Assembly (NCBI RefSeq): GCF_031769215.1
Contig: NW_026782466.1
Location: forward strand, 558,001 to 622,000
Direction: 5' to 3'
Source of the DNA: Ylistrum balloti
Lineage: Eukaryota
DNA length: 64,000 nucleotides
Shown here in pieces: positions 46,801-60,000 of this stretch. The notes under the pieces are model-generated. The model was given only the letters and a program-made list of their open reading frames with translations, did not search any database and was not told the origin of the DNA. Within the stretch, counting starts at the first letter, position 1. Each line of letters begins with the position of its first letter. The position numbers were made by a program, and so were the translations under genes.

Positions 46801-47389
46801 ACAGAAACAACAGCTTATTAGGCAGCAACAACAGCTTCAACTTCTCCAACAGAAGCAGGAGTTGGAAAAACAACAGAAAATACTACAATATAAACAACAA
46901 CAGCAGGAGAAACAAGAACAACAAAAACAACAATATTTATTGATGCGGGACATTAACTCCAACATTCCAGAAAGGGCAAGTTTCAGTGCTATTTCAACAC
47001 ATCATCACGTCAATAAGTCAAGGTCAAGGGCAAACTCATGGGACGGTTACGGCAGTATGGATCTCAGAAAGGTTAACGAAAATGCGCCTTTAAGTAAAGG
47101 AGCATCTAAACTTTCGACCTCTGACCTTTTGGACTATATTGATGACATCAAACAACCCCCGCCGAAACGACGAGAAAACTTTTACCTTCTTCTGTCTAAC
47201 AGGCAGAACCGTGCTGATTTCTCGGAATCATTAGAAATTGAATCGAAACTCAAAGACCTTGGAATCAGCGTGAATCAGGTGAAATGTGGCGAGTTTCTTG
47301 ACGAGGATGGTTACACGACTATGGACAGCCCGCCATTAGATTTTGGTATTGAGACTGGACCCCAGTTTCTTCAATCAACATATGTGTGA
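43889..47389 (+). CDS. FAM89-like: Large terminal exon (1166 aa) of the FAM89/LURAP-family adaptor: rest of the LURAP helix, long disordered region, Q-rich stretch, C-terminal PDZ ligand STYV
   Basis: 3.5-kb open frame, acceptor tgttgcag|GTT. Motifs include DHVYETI, PPALPAR, poly-Q and terminal S-T-Y-V. Confidence 0.92.
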   Translation, partial: VDLRTQSSELTRQMWLLYVTFEDFVCLKYPNKSKEILTTRINIDTYISSPGSSPVRRPRSPSVIATSQKEIIQSKRVLCEDFKNQVGFKPIQTESRCPTIRDKEFEYKRRYSTTVSYQIAKIQRIVKTERAKKTRNNRQKFDLDGSAGVSSMEIGRADQWNRNRDRMHDLSEGRLGSVGSTNQGVCRSSRCVNSQGTADKTVNSRVIVSGAVTESHGVLLRGSVPRQSQNSATLGPNNGQVRRYNPQVGLENRCLSHTDRLNQSADQIHSVGRCVRNPARVETTHCGPRIVNVRALQAITDNALREDPCITNKLSVQSKCWNSLRLQGILPLDNCRFDWDSGSMNDRIMTDPLRVSVRHDISFHSQDGGYLHPRPDSVVPRHKPPQTLSLDRVNLAGRSDNKITSTPDDSAHDVSADIFHSNESSPVTISSGYESDSLHTCEADIDNIFFKRNKANNVSTKTAEGDNDPLTDYFSMSDSNLNAEVTAPVDGDVTPTSSPQVILNRMPDNQGKDNSVPNDLKSNSKSRKPKQDRVLTPQQGNSAVFSPKERNSYQLTKVARSMFEIIHDLQTEENSAEGKKKGRKPRRNTPPLKPERLIGDNPNLPSSSSSSETTPTNTCTKTGLGQDQFKAIKPLQTQCDNVLTNVNQVPQPKHFDRVVGNPPKVSVRCLRRPLGADPTDFDRNAALPHSDSARASTNENPSKSASQPCYLEEDTSVAANDNSTVHWEGSGNDVHPFHPQVPDNMTTPRPAMINQNWTTNINDCMPYATTRLPGCQTPKRDPRDDHVYETIPGDEMLSYEEHMRLRMNGIPVKLQRLHPDCPFVPYEPPALPARNDHRMPKSSGFMNSSFIMHTQPFIPQNLIQCPRNRVSHPQSLMPQFSSFPGNQRGNVNHGILFNAAQQQHINRVKSETSDSTVIKNSKKQPKQRPSSQELPVKPQPLLPTGYKQKRPVSEQLSQAHKAPAQRRLQLLQKQQLIRQQQQLQLLQQKQELEKQQKILQYKQQQQEKQEQQKQQYLLMRDINSNIPERASFSAISTHHHVNKSRSRANSWDGYGSMDLRKVNENAPLSKGASKLSTSDLLDYIDDIKQPPPKRRENFYLLLSNRQNRADFSESLEIESKLKDLGISVNQVKCGEFLDEDGYTTMDSPPLDFGIETGPQFLQSTYV

Positions 47390-50300
47390 TAAACGTCATC
47401 ATTTGTTGTGTAGGTTTCTATCACCTTTCTGTCGAACTATTCACATAGATTAAACGTGCAATTTTTGCCAATAAGTAATGCGTGCAATGACGTCAAAAAC
47501 TCTGACAAATGGAGGATATGAATATTATTTACCGACAAACAATTAACGGATTTACAAAGCTAAGTGCAAAACAATACTTGTTATTATTGATCTCAGTAAT
47601 TACACTGCCTTTCGTATGAATTTTGCATGTAATGGATTATTTTAAGTGGCTGTTGAGAATATGCAAATGAATGTGATGACTTTGGAGTTTTTCATGGCAG
47701 TGCTAAATAACATTTACAAGCATTACTTTATGTGACCTCTCTATACTTTAACGTGTAGTATTTCGCTCTACAGCTGACTACAAGGCTAGTGACTAGTGAC
47801 ATAAAGGTGGAAAAGTGCTGAGTTTCATTCACCTAATGTAAGCTGTACCTGGGGTTCTAATTAATCTGTTCTAAGTCTGGCCGAAAGAACATCAATGGAA
47901 ACAGACTCAAAGATTTAAGTAATATCAATATCGAAAAGGATAATTTTAAAACTGGTGCTCAGAGTATACTAATATATCAGTTCTGACTGTGAACAGTAGA
48001 GCCGAAGGGAAAGCTTACATTTACTTACAGAACTCGCCTGTTTATTCATTTGTTAAGAGAATGATTAAAAATGTAGCAGGTAATTAAAGTCAAACGGTTT
48101 AAGGTGAGAAACACGCTCGATTTAATCTGGATAGGCCGTCTGTGTAGTAGACGACATGTTAAAACATGTGATTTGTTGGGATTAGCTCTGATGGTGTGGT
48201 GTAAGAGAGGAAAAATTACTATTTATGAAAGAGAGTGGATATTTGGAAATTTGTTTAAAATGATTTTCCAATATGACTTATTTATACATTTTCACAGATG
48301 TATAAACTGATTAAAACGTTAATTATATAATTTTTTCGTATGTGTCATCATTTTTATATTTAGTAACACGTTGAATAGCAATCATCTTTCTCAGTCACGT
48401 GGTAATCATGTGTGATGCTGCAGTAAACTGTTTGTATACAGACTGTTTATAATCTCTAATTTACTTTCATCTATATGTAACAATTATCAATTCATTAAGT
48501 GTTATATGAGACGTAGTTATACATATCTTATTATTTTAGAAAACAATATCTTCAGCTTCAAAATGGAAAAAAGGAAATACTGAAATGTTCTGTCAAAGTG
48601 CAAAACAGATAATGCTAGATCATGACGTCATTCTTTCGTCGACACACTATATGTCCACTTATAATAACAAAGGGTACGTCGACAATACATTTATTTGTCA
48701 AATCATGTAATCCATGATAACGAGATCCCCACGATCATACAAAAATCTTGTTTTAACGTGTTGAAAAGTGGAGTAGCTCGAAATTACGATCGAAAAGGAG
48801 CGTCAAGAAAAGGTTAAGTTCATAATTTGTACTAAATATTTGAAGAAAAGTACAATTTCGAACCAAATCCTTTTTCTGTTGAATTTCGATAAAGATTGAA
48901 AGTTATACCACGATTGCATTTTGGGAACATATGCTCTTCAATATTTAAAACTCAAAGTCCAAGTAAACCCCCTTAGTTCGCAGCAACAGAGATTAGAAGA
49001 ACATCAGGATTGCACCTTTCCGCAAAACCACGCAAATGACTCTGACTAACAACAATTTCACGGGTGTACTTTTATTATTACTAACACTATGTATTACAGG
49101 TCCACAAACAATTAAAATTGTTAACTGTAATTAAACAGGTTGTAGACATGACTCACCTATATATGAAAGTATTTCTAATGCATTTATCATCCCATGAACA
49201 AAAGTTCGAACGTCCTTTTCTATAAATTGGAAGCTATTTGACAACAATCGAGTGATATGTGTGATCGATGTTGGATTCTTTAAACAGAAGGATCTGAGAC
49301 ACACATCATACATTACATTTCAATTGTTCCTGGACATGTGAGAACTTTTATGTCCCACCCGTGCAAGTCATGTTAGCTTGATAAATTATCAATTAAACAT
49401 TCGGGTTATTCTGAAAATGCTTTAAAATCAGAAATACCTTCTTTATAAAAATGATTTTGGATTTTCTGCCAATAGATGAGAATAGCCTTTATCAAGTGTT
49501 AAAAACATAATTTCAATTTTCAATACAAAAATTAGATTCAGTTTTGTAACTTTCTTGTTAAGCTTATCACACTATAAACTGCTTTGGTGATTTAAACACA
49601 TTTCTGTGTTAAACGACGAAATTTTCGCCTGACAACTTTAACAATAATTAATCGTGATGCTTTACAGTAAATTAGGGAGCGTGTTAAAGTCAATGACACC
49701 ACAATTAAAACAAGCTGTTATGTCCTTGGTTACTATTTTAGATATTTAAAGTTTAACACAGAAGTATTTGGTTTTACACAAAAAGAGGGGTTTTAACAGT
49801 TTAAAATACAAAAGCTGTGGAAAGGTCGCAATTATACTGATAAGAAAGACAATCTCCTATCATGAAATCTGTAGCCATTAGCTGCGGGATCGTTAGGTGA
49901 AATAAATGTTTTTACCTCATATCACAAAACCGAATATTTCTATTCATTAGGCACAATAATGTGTGAATTTCATCATCAAAATAACACCAGACAATTATTT
50001 GAAATCTTACACTACTACTTATGTTAGAAAAAGATAAAATAAAAATGAACTAAATATAGCATAAAGGGAGAGAAAAACAATGATTAATGTTTCTTTAAGA
50101 AAGTTAAATATCTAAATTCTTAAGTTAACGCAGTGATACACTGTATATAGAAGACATAATATTTCAACTGGACGAAATCCGTGAATTACAATTGGCATAG
50201 TTTAACAAAAAAATTATCATATCATCACGATCATATTTACTGAACTATTGTATTGACTAGACACAGTGTTCTCAAGGACTAAAATCGCCGAAACAAATCT

Positions 50301-52092
50301 AGCCTACCAAACATATACATGTCTAAGTAAACACGAAACCCGATCTCAATAAGGAATTAGTCATCGAAGTCTTTATAAATCATACTGTTACAAAGACAAA
50401 GGATTAGGATAATTAGTTATATATATGTATTATAATGTAAATTTATAGGTTGTAGATCCGTAAGTCGTGCCTTGTGAGTCATCATGGGCCAGACGCAAAC
50501 GACAACAAAGCCATGATCAGTTAATTCGAAGACAAAAATGGAATCATGATATTCAGAAAATATAAATATGTTTGTCAATTGTTTGATTTTAAACAACATC
50601 AAAGAAGGTATCATCAGCACGATAAATACTAAATAGTCAAATTGGTACGAAGGATTTCGTGTTTAAGAAATCCAAACATTTGTCACGGAAGAAACGTACT
50701 ATCAAATATCGGGAGTCTACAAGATATTAACATATATTAAATGTTGTTTATAATGTAAGATACGGGTGTAGGGATATCCTTTCGACCACAAGGCTTCTTG
50801 GCACGCTCTGTCACCTAACTATGTATTGTGGTAATTCTGGACCTGGCGACAACCTGTCTATTCTTTAAAGGTTTTATACTCTGTAGGAAAACCACAGGAA
50901 CACGTGTCGTCACCATTGTCCATTAAGTTACTTTTATGTCTAACCTCTACCTAATATATAGCAAGGTTACTGTATCAAACTGATTACATTATCTGGTTTC
51001 AGATAAAATAAACGGAGACAGTTATACTCAGTGAATTTCACATAAACTTGTTAAGATTCAAAATGTTTCCCTAAAATCAATCAGTTTTTTCTAACAGCGA
51101 CAAGGATGTAAAAACTGTATGCTATTTCTGAACGAAAAGGGATTTTTTCTAACATTTCGGTTGTCCATTTACTCATTGCAAAATCGCGGTTTTATTCGAC
51201 AATGCGCGGAGAGTATAATCCTCTTTAAGACATTGCCCGAAGCCTGTTCCTAACCTTGTCTCGTTCAATGTTTACTCAGATGGACGCTTGTAATTCTCAC
51301 GATACTGAAGAAGTCACTTTCTCAGGAACAGTTCCAAAACCTCTCGCATTCCGTTGCTGCCTGCCAAATCCCTGACTGACGGCGCGTTAAGTTTAGGTAA
51401 ACACGAGTAACGAATCATCAGCGATTAGGACATTTAAGGAAAGGCATTAACCAGCTGACGGTATCCAACATGTTTGAAACAGTAAGATCGGTGGGAAAAT
51501 ATACATAATCCGATTTATCCAAATCTTCAGCGATTAGGATCAGGGTATACTGGTAAACTTGTAGTAATATTGAAGATATGTCGTCAGACTTGTGAGCTTA
51601 AAATGAAAATGAACACGTTTCAAAGATAGGGGTTTGTAGCATATTCTTTAATAATTTCATCATGATACATCAAATTTGACCTAGCTTGTAGGATAAAGAA
51701 CATCAACACAAACAAAGAGGGTGCACATTTGCATCATGGACAACCAAGAGGCGACGGAGAGTCGACTAACAAGGCTTTGTCTAGTATTTGCCATTATTTT
51801 CCTGATGGACTGGGAAATGTATATCCTTACCCTGTCCACACCCACACACCTCAATCCAAGGAAGTGCTAGTGAAGGTGAAGTGACGCATGCCTTACATGG
51901 AGAACGAGAATAAGTAACACTTTGTCACGGAATTATGACAGGAAACACTGAGATGAGCTAAGAATCTAAAATGTAACACATTCTCATGTACCCTGATATG
52001 TTCCTGTTGTAAAGTGGAAGGTCACCTTCATAATCATCCAGCATTGTCATTTATGATTGGTATCTGAAGTATGGTGCATTTTAATTCTCTGT

Positions 52093-52212
52093 ATGAAAAT
52101 GATATTTGTCATTCTTTTGTTGCATAATGCACAATCTAAGACACTTGAATCAACACGACATGACGAGACACAGTCTGTATCAAGTTCAAGTCACTTTAAT
52201 GCAGTTGCTGAC
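52093..52212 (+). CDS. Candidate first exon of a secreted protein (MKMIFVILLLHNAQS-KTLESTRHDETQSVSSSSHFNAVAD)
   Basis: ATG, short hydrophobic signal-like stretch, polar tail, donor GAC|gtaagg in phase 0. Downstream exons were not established. Confidence 0.35.
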
Positions 52213-52389
52213 GTAAGGACACTAATATCTAAGATAAAATCTTTATAATATATTTTATTCAAGTAATTCTAAAATTTCTGCAGCTAAAGATATCAGATTT
52301 ATATGGATCAAATATAATAATATTTTCATATTGTTATAAGGCTCTTACAAAGGTTATTCTTTTGTTGATCATGTTACTGTTTCCACATG

Positions 52390-52562
52390 AACCTGATGAC
52401 TAAAGTCTGGTTTTATGAGGACCTATTGCAAGCTCTTCCTCTACAGTGACTTACTTGCCAAACTCTGGTTTTACCGTGAGCCACTGATCAGAGTACGAAT
52501 CTACAGGGCTTTACTGACCAAAGATTGGTTCTGTAGGGAGCTACTGACTAAAGTCTGGTTCA
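52390..52562. repeat. Degenerate ~30-bp tandem repeat (ACTGAC.AAAG..TGGTT.T...G.GAGCT)
   Basis: About 5 diverged copies visible. Confidence 0.6.
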
Positions 52563-53766
52563 GTTCTTGTTTGTCGCATTAGACCAGACCCAGTTCTTTC
52601 CAAAATTGTACTGTCCTATGTCATTTTTAACCAATGTAAGATTCAGTTCAGAGTCAACTTAAACGCACTGTAAATCCAAGTATGTGGAGTCATATTGTCC
52701 GAGGGCCAGTTCCATTAAACTATGCTGTCTTGTACCATTGTAGAAACATTTCGGCTAAGTCATATTATCCAGACAAAGTTCAATATGTTCTTTAAGTTTC
52801 GCCTTGGAGTAAAGATTGCAAATATACATCAAACTCAAATATAGATATCCAAACTTTAAAATCGGGTATAAAACAAATTACTTGTAAAGAGATACATGAA
52901 CTAAAATGCATACAAATATAGATGGGAGAGGTGTATGTTAGTGAGTTAACTTAATAACCTGTCGACCCCGAAATCCTTGTCGCTATGGATACTGGGGCAC
53001 TTCCATTTTCCACAGATGATATGCAATACAAGACACTTAAGACTGGCCTCAAGGTAGCCAAATACTATTACAATTTTCTAAACATTTTTGTTTCAACATC
53101 AAATTTACTGGGTGAAGCAAGATAATTACACACGCAGACCAGGATAATGTAAATGTTTCCTGGTAGGCGTGACACCGAAAATCAAGGTTGGTGACGGAAA
53201 AACGCGGTTTCAAATACTTGCATCTCTTCAATTTTAAGACGAGTTGTATAATATACATGTACATAGTGTCACTTTCAGACTTTTGTACATCTATAATGTT
53301 ATCATGACGGTTCCATGCTTGTATCAAAATAAGTAAACATTCACACAAAAATAGGTAGTTCAGGTAACACTGGAATTTATTTCGCACCTATACTAAAACA
53401 ATAGGATATGATGATATTAAAACCTACTTTATGCTCGTATTGAAAGAATGATAAAGTATGATATTCAAACCTGTTTCATACTAAAATGAGTGTCTGTGAT
53501 ATTAAAAATTATATCATGTTTGTACCATATATATGATTATTAAAAACTACGTTCATGCTAAATTGTACAGATATATGTATAACACTAAACCAGCAGACTT
53601 CTATGACATTTTTTTCTTTGAGCGAGGAATTTCAATAGGATTTAATCACACATATCATGACGGTGTTTGATAAAACGACGTTGAATCCAACTTAAAATTT
53701 CAATACTATACAAAAATATAGAAAATAAAAAATCTAAACAGATATGTAAATTTGCTTAGATATATT

Positions 53767-53768
<2 letters not shown>

Positions 53769-53821
<53 letters not shown>

Positions 53822-53840
53822 ATATATACATATATATATA
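53769..53840. repeat. (AT)n microsatellite
   Basis: Long AT dinucleotide run. Confidence 0.98.
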
Positions 53841-54059
53841 TACTCACAATACAAAGGTTGTATACACAAGGGTTTAAAACATAAAGGTAGATGAAAATTA
53901 TGGGAAAGTTCTATGGTCGCCAGAGTGATCCCATTGAGAAATATTTCTTTGTGCGACGTGAATCTTGTGTATTTGATGATCATTAGTTTGCTTGTTGGTT
54001 CCATTGTTGTATACCTTGTTCTTATTTGAGAACGTTACATTACTTTATTGGATTGATCA

Positions 54060-54220
54060 CGGTTTACATGGCGGGTGTAATCGACGAAGCAGAAGAGACT
54101 TACTATTCCGGAACTATTTAGATGTCTCACTGTAAATATTTCTTTTGTTCATATTTTGCCCTAGTTTTATGGAATTTGAGTTTGAATTATGATTATGTGG
54201 TCATTTACTTGATGTGTTTG
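54060..54220 (+). repeat. Diverged copy of an interspersed SINE-like repeat (sister copy at 36140-36310)
   Basis: ATGGCGGGTGT...AAGCAG.AGA..CTTACT head plus the TTCATATTTTGCCCTAGTTT tail shared with 36250. Confidence 0.55.
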
Positions 54221-55279
54221 TCGTCTTCTTGCTTTTCCATTGCTTCAAATCAACATTAAATCAAAATTATTTTTTATACCAGTAGCCATATCAAGGAAGG
54301 TTTCAGGTTAGAAATCCAGCATATTTTCATTTTCTGCAATGTTGCGTTATGTGAACAGGAAAGAAAAAGAAAGATTTGACAATATGAAATAAAAAAAATG
54401 AAAATGGATAAAATAATAGAAATAAATAAAATTTTAAAAGGAAAACAAGGATAATGAGAATAAATAAATAACTAAATGACAATAGATCAATAGGTACTTA
54501 AATAAAATGAAAAAAAAAAATCAATGAACAATTCATTCAGTCTAATTGAGTTTCGTGACGTGCCAAAGTAAGACGTAATACGGCCACACACTTATGAACG
54601 AGACAAGGTCAATGTTGTGGGAAGGGGAACACTGTGGAGTAGAACAAATGTCCAGATTGCGACATTCCTCTTTCGCAATCTTTCATGTTACATAGAATTA
54701 CATCACGGATACATATTTCTATGTATTTAAGGGACCACTAAAGTCAACTACGTAATACAGAAATAGTTTTGAGGCTTATATTGGTGACGTGGGCGTTCAT
54801 TATGTACTCGTCAGATAAGATATTGTTAGTGTTGAATACGAGTTGGCTTGGCACGGCCACCTGTAGCATGGCTAGGCTATCACCGTTATTGTTAAGTCCT
54901 GATTGGGATATATCAGCACAATATTACACAGACCTACAATGGATTAAAGGTGTCCATCATAACTAGGATCTAAGCCCCCGATTTGATTATAGCCATTCAT
55001 AATTGATAATAACACGACAAAAGCGTTGTATCAATACGTAGTATACAAACCTATGTAGGGCAGTTGTGAGTCATGCTAAAGGACGGTCCATAGCATATCA
55101 GTTCTTTTGGTATTGGTCAATCACGGTACCATACCGATTATCAAGGAAACAATTACACGGACATGTTACTACTTTTTTCTCTCTAAGATTATCGGTTTTG
55201 AACAATTTCAAAAGACAAAAATCAAAGCCATTGTACCAGAAACAGGAATCCATGTAGTCAGTATCCTGGTCAAAGATAT

Positions 55280-55650
55280 TTCCACATAAGAATTTTTTCT
55301 ATAAATTCCCAGGATAGGTACATATTCCCGTTAATTGATTTTTTTAGGATTTTCCTCATATCTCTCAGCATTTATCTATGTGACGATCTTGATTGTTCTA
55401 ATTTCCTTGATGAGTTTCCACATTTTGGCCACTAGAATCATTGAAGATTCCAAGAAAGACTGAAAACTCCTTTAAATTGACAATGAAGCAAGCTATTTGA
55501 ATATGTGTCTTTTGGATGACTCCTCCAATGACGTGTTCTTACGTTCATATGCTGATCGGATGCAACCTGAACTTTGGCAGACTCTATTCTGACTCAGATT
55601 TCAGCCCTTTTTTATTTCGAATGAATGTTGCGTATCTTTGGTTTAAAAAA
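55280..55650 (-). mobile_element. Possible heavily decayed Tx1/L1-type LINE RT fragment
   Basis: Scattered motifs in the expected order across frameshifts: FIRNKKGL, IFNDSSGQNV (like F...SGL.IN) and LSW....KIL. Confidence 0.28.
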
Positions 55651-55794
55651 GGTTCGTTCGCATACGGGGATAATAAAACCTTTTTATCAAGCCAGGGATA
55701 TTTAGTCCCTTTTAAATTTCTCGAAATTATCTGAAAGCATTCTAAATCCATATAAAGATTGTACAAAAGACACACAATTGAGAAGCATCTTTTC

Positions 55795-57095
55795 ATAATT
55801 TAGAGTTAGATACAGTAGAGCCAAACAATGAATTAAACTGCATCATACAGCTGTTTTGTCTTCTAGGGCTCGTCAGTGATCATGAAATGATGGCTGCATG
55901 TTAAAGTTTCTAATCAAAGGTATTCATGTTAGATTTTTTTTATCTAGAAAACGATTTATTAGTGTCTCTCTGAAATGCCGCTATACAATCTACAGTAAAA
56001 ATCCTTCACATGGAGAGAGAAATCCAAGCATATGTGACAAGGTTTGACCAGAATGGCTGTATGTGACCATTTTCCTCTCTTTTATTAATCCAACTTTTGA
56101 TAACTTGACATTTACAAAGCTTCTAAGTAAATACAGTTCTCTCATATACGCATATGTAAACAAATGTTTATTTTTCTGCTTTGTTTAAAAATTCTGAACA
56201 TGATTTAATTTAAGAAAAACAAATGCTTATAAATTAAGCCAATGCAATGAATTTAATAAATGACGAAGACAATGACGAATATAAGTTTAATGGACAAAGG
56301 TGATACGTCATCTGACAACATGTTGATATGTAGAAAGAAATTGTCCATGCTATGGATTGTAATAAAGACATATAAGTGAATAGCACTTTTCAATACAAGA
56401 AACAAGAAAATACCAACAGGATAATCATAATCCAAACTCAATCAAACTAGGACAATATATGAACAAAAGAAAGATTTAAACGAAGACTTCTGAAAAAGGA
56501 AAATAAGACAAGGTATCATACAGAGTCAGATAATAAATAAAATTTATCATATATCTGTTTCGTCCTTCTAGGATTAGTAAATGATGCCAAGGTAATGAAT
56601 CTTAAAAAATGAAGGCGACCGAAACCATTCTGGCTGTAGATTAATACTACCCGATAAAAATGAATTGTACAAAAGACACGCAAGTGGATAACACCTAGCA
56701 AATTTGAAGTATAAGCTGCATCATACAGCTGTTTTGTCCTTCTAGGACTTGTCAGTGATGTTAAGGTCAAACTAAATGGCACATGTAAAATGTAATGAAA
56801 ACGCTTAATATAACACAACTATATGTGAGACGAAAAGAGGAGTTAGAATAATATGAAATCACAATACACAATTAAAAATTCTTGTGAACAAAACATCACA
56901 TATATCACAGTAGAAGTTTTATCATGCTGCCGATAAAGTATGATTTCACTCGTCTTTAATTCCTGTAGGGTTTCACAAAATTCCACACAATACTGGATAA
57001 TTCTTTCCACATAAAGTTAGAATTAGATAAACAGCCAAATAATTAAGGAATGCATCCTACAGCTCTTTTGTCTTTCTAAGCCTTATCGATGAATC
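55795..57095 (+). repeat. Four dispersed direct copies of a 60-100-bp cassette (TGCATCATACAGCTGTTTTGTCCTTCTAGG...) at about 55840, 56555, 56717 and 57051
   Basis: Direct sequence similarity; copies 1 and 4 also share about 50 bp upstream. Confidence 0.85.
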
Positions 57096-60000
57096 TCAGG
57101 ACTTCAATTAGGAGAGGTCTTAGAAATTACAGAACACAAATATAGCAAATAAGAAAAATTAATTAACTACAATACACTATGGTACTGTATGTTAGTATAA
57201 CTTGGTGACAAATCTTCTTCCCCAAATGACAGCTACAGACCTGTGTTTACATAAATCGCTTAAAAGGACATTATGGCTTTAACATCTTACTGAATTTCAA
57301 TCAAGTACATCACATTATATATAACCGGGGTGTCTAATGTGTATTACCAGATCTGGTGACCGATAGAACTTAGCGAGTAAATTTATACATGGTTACTTAC
57401 TGACCACACTTATGGTCAAGTTTCTACATGAAGGTGACCTCTAGCTGTAAGGTGAACACCAAATAAATAACAAAATATTTGTGGTTGATATGAAGGACAA
57501 TTTTTCTTGACATGCCTGGTAGTTTGTCATAGTCACATGTGAATGTATCTTTACATATCGTCTTCATGTCGCCGGGTCTTACTCATGCAGGAGAATCTAC
57601 CTATGGATACACTGACAACCAACATTAACAGTCAAATCATAAATTAGAATTCACAAAAATGGAGGATACACAGAAAAATATTCATTAAATTAATCCTCGC
57701 AAAGATCAATATATATTTTATAACAAATTGTACCAAACGCTTAACGCATTAGACTAGCTGCACCACGTGAGTTGAGCATCCTTCCAAGACGACTGCCACT
57801 AGTCTATACAAACATCTAAGTTGTGTTTATTTGAATTCGGATAATCCACTTTCAACATGTTTCTACTCATTTAATTTAAATTATCAGAGTTGTTTCTTCG
57901 TTTTTCATGATTACTAAAACAACATCAAAATTAATTCGAAATGTTTAAAAATGTTCACTTTTAATGATTAAAATAAAGAAAAAGGGATTCCGAAGTATTT
58001 TAACAGAATTGATAAACATAATACTATTTTCTTTATTGAATTTTTGATTTTTAATTATTTTTTTCCAGTATTTATCTTTTTATACCGACCACGAAAATAA
58101 ATAAAAACCTTACTAATTTTGCCGATATTGCCGTCAGGGCAAGTCCATCCATTAGACAGAACTCGGCAGTCTTTGAGAGTTACTCTATGTTAATTTTCAA
58201 GGATCCAGTATCACAAGCACTTGATACCGTTAGAGTTTTACATTAAAGATTATATCCATTAATTTGAATTTAAGTGATGGGTATGTAAATTAGGACACCC
58301 TAAGGTCTCTTCCAAGTGAATTGAGCACGGGCTGGTATACATATACTTTCATATCAGTATCAATATATCTAACTTTGTATCGATGTCATTTGGTAAGCAG
58401 GCATACATTACCAGATCAACTAACTCACGATCACAGCATTAAATGGAAGCCATTTTCAATAGCAATAGAAATCGTTGTATTTCTATCCCAAATTTTTAAT
58501 CGAATTACAATTTTAATAGTGATTTTGCCGTAAAATCGATTCCACACCGTTTGATCACACATAGACGGAATTTAAATTATGTCTCGTGTTTGCCCTTTGA
58601 CACAAAGGGGCAAGACCATAAACTCGACAAATAAATTAGTTGTATACGGAAAATTGGCATCATTCAAATGAAGAGAATACATATAATTTCAATTTATACA
58701 CCCACGGGACTTAAACGTTTTACCTGTAACAAAAAGATAAACCTACGGTTTATAACCTACCTAATTAACAGATAGATTCTCTGTTTACAGTTGTATAACA
58801 GCCATGTACAACCTATAAATTAAACCACATTCCGACAATAAAAGGCCAAAGCTATTCCACCAAAGCCTTGTCGAACCAACCCCCTTCTTTTTAAAAACTG
58901 TCTGCTAACGAATGTCCAGAAAGTCTCGAGTCATTCAGAAAAAAATATTTCAATTAAAAATTGTCCATCAAATAAGAGATTTTAATGGCGAATAGAAGTT
59001 GAGTTCATTAACGAGGGAACTATTTCAATTAACTGTAGCAAATGAAGGCAAAAGAAGTAATAAAAACACAGTGACAATGTTAAATGTTCGCCCACCACGG
59101 AGACATCAGAAATATAACAGAAAGTAGGGATAGTACTGAGTGGTGGATGTAGACAGGGCTAGAACATAAATCACCGTTATTGTCGATCTCTAGAACCAAT
59201 CGTGCTCTATTATCTGGAATAGAACATTTAAATAAAATTAGAGGTTTGTAAATAGGACAACCTTTAATGTAGAACACGATATAACTCCAAACAATTTCAA
59301 TTGGATTAAGTTATCATGGTAACGGATTTTTCATCAGTTTTAGTATCATTGTTACGTTTATGTATTTGTTCGAGTTCCGTGTGGCTTTCAACACCTTACC
59401 TAACACATCCAATGCCCTGCAGATAACCACGAGGTTAAATCAACACGCTTCTTGGGAGGTTTACCACATATTTATTCCCCAACATTTTATTCAAGGAACA
59501 AATTCTCACATATTGAGAGAAACGATGAACATAGTGGTTATTACAAAGCCTCGAGGTAAATAAACTAGGTTTCTAGATTATCTTGACAGCCAAGATGGAA
59601 TTGAAACGCTATCTTAGAATCAGTATTCAATGGTAGAACACAGTGTTGGTTTAACCCCGAGTCGTCTGGGTGCATCCGGGGCCCGGATCAATGTAATCAG
59701 TACACCTATGTTTCCAAATGGGAACTAGATATCATTAGTCCGTATCAGTGGATCAGCCCCTTGTGATGAATGACAACACCTATAGATAGTCTAGAGCTTG
59801 TTGACAAGGAGCTAGAAATACCACATTGACATCATTGAGGAAACAAAGTCTTATTCATGGTTCGATGAACAATTATCCGCTTGAATGAGATGTCGGGAAG
59901 CAAGGAGTTGCTACAATTTATATATCGTTACTTGTACAGGTATGGGAAATTGAATTATTACATTATATAACTGACACATCGCTGGCGAAACAAAACAAAA

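Noticed and set aside
55369-55474. Plus-strand exon candidate encoding a transmembrane-like helix (FIYVTILIVLISLMSFHILATRIIEDSKKD*)
   Set aside because: A hydrophobic frame is expected antisense to the decayed LINE-like fragment; no linked exons were shown.
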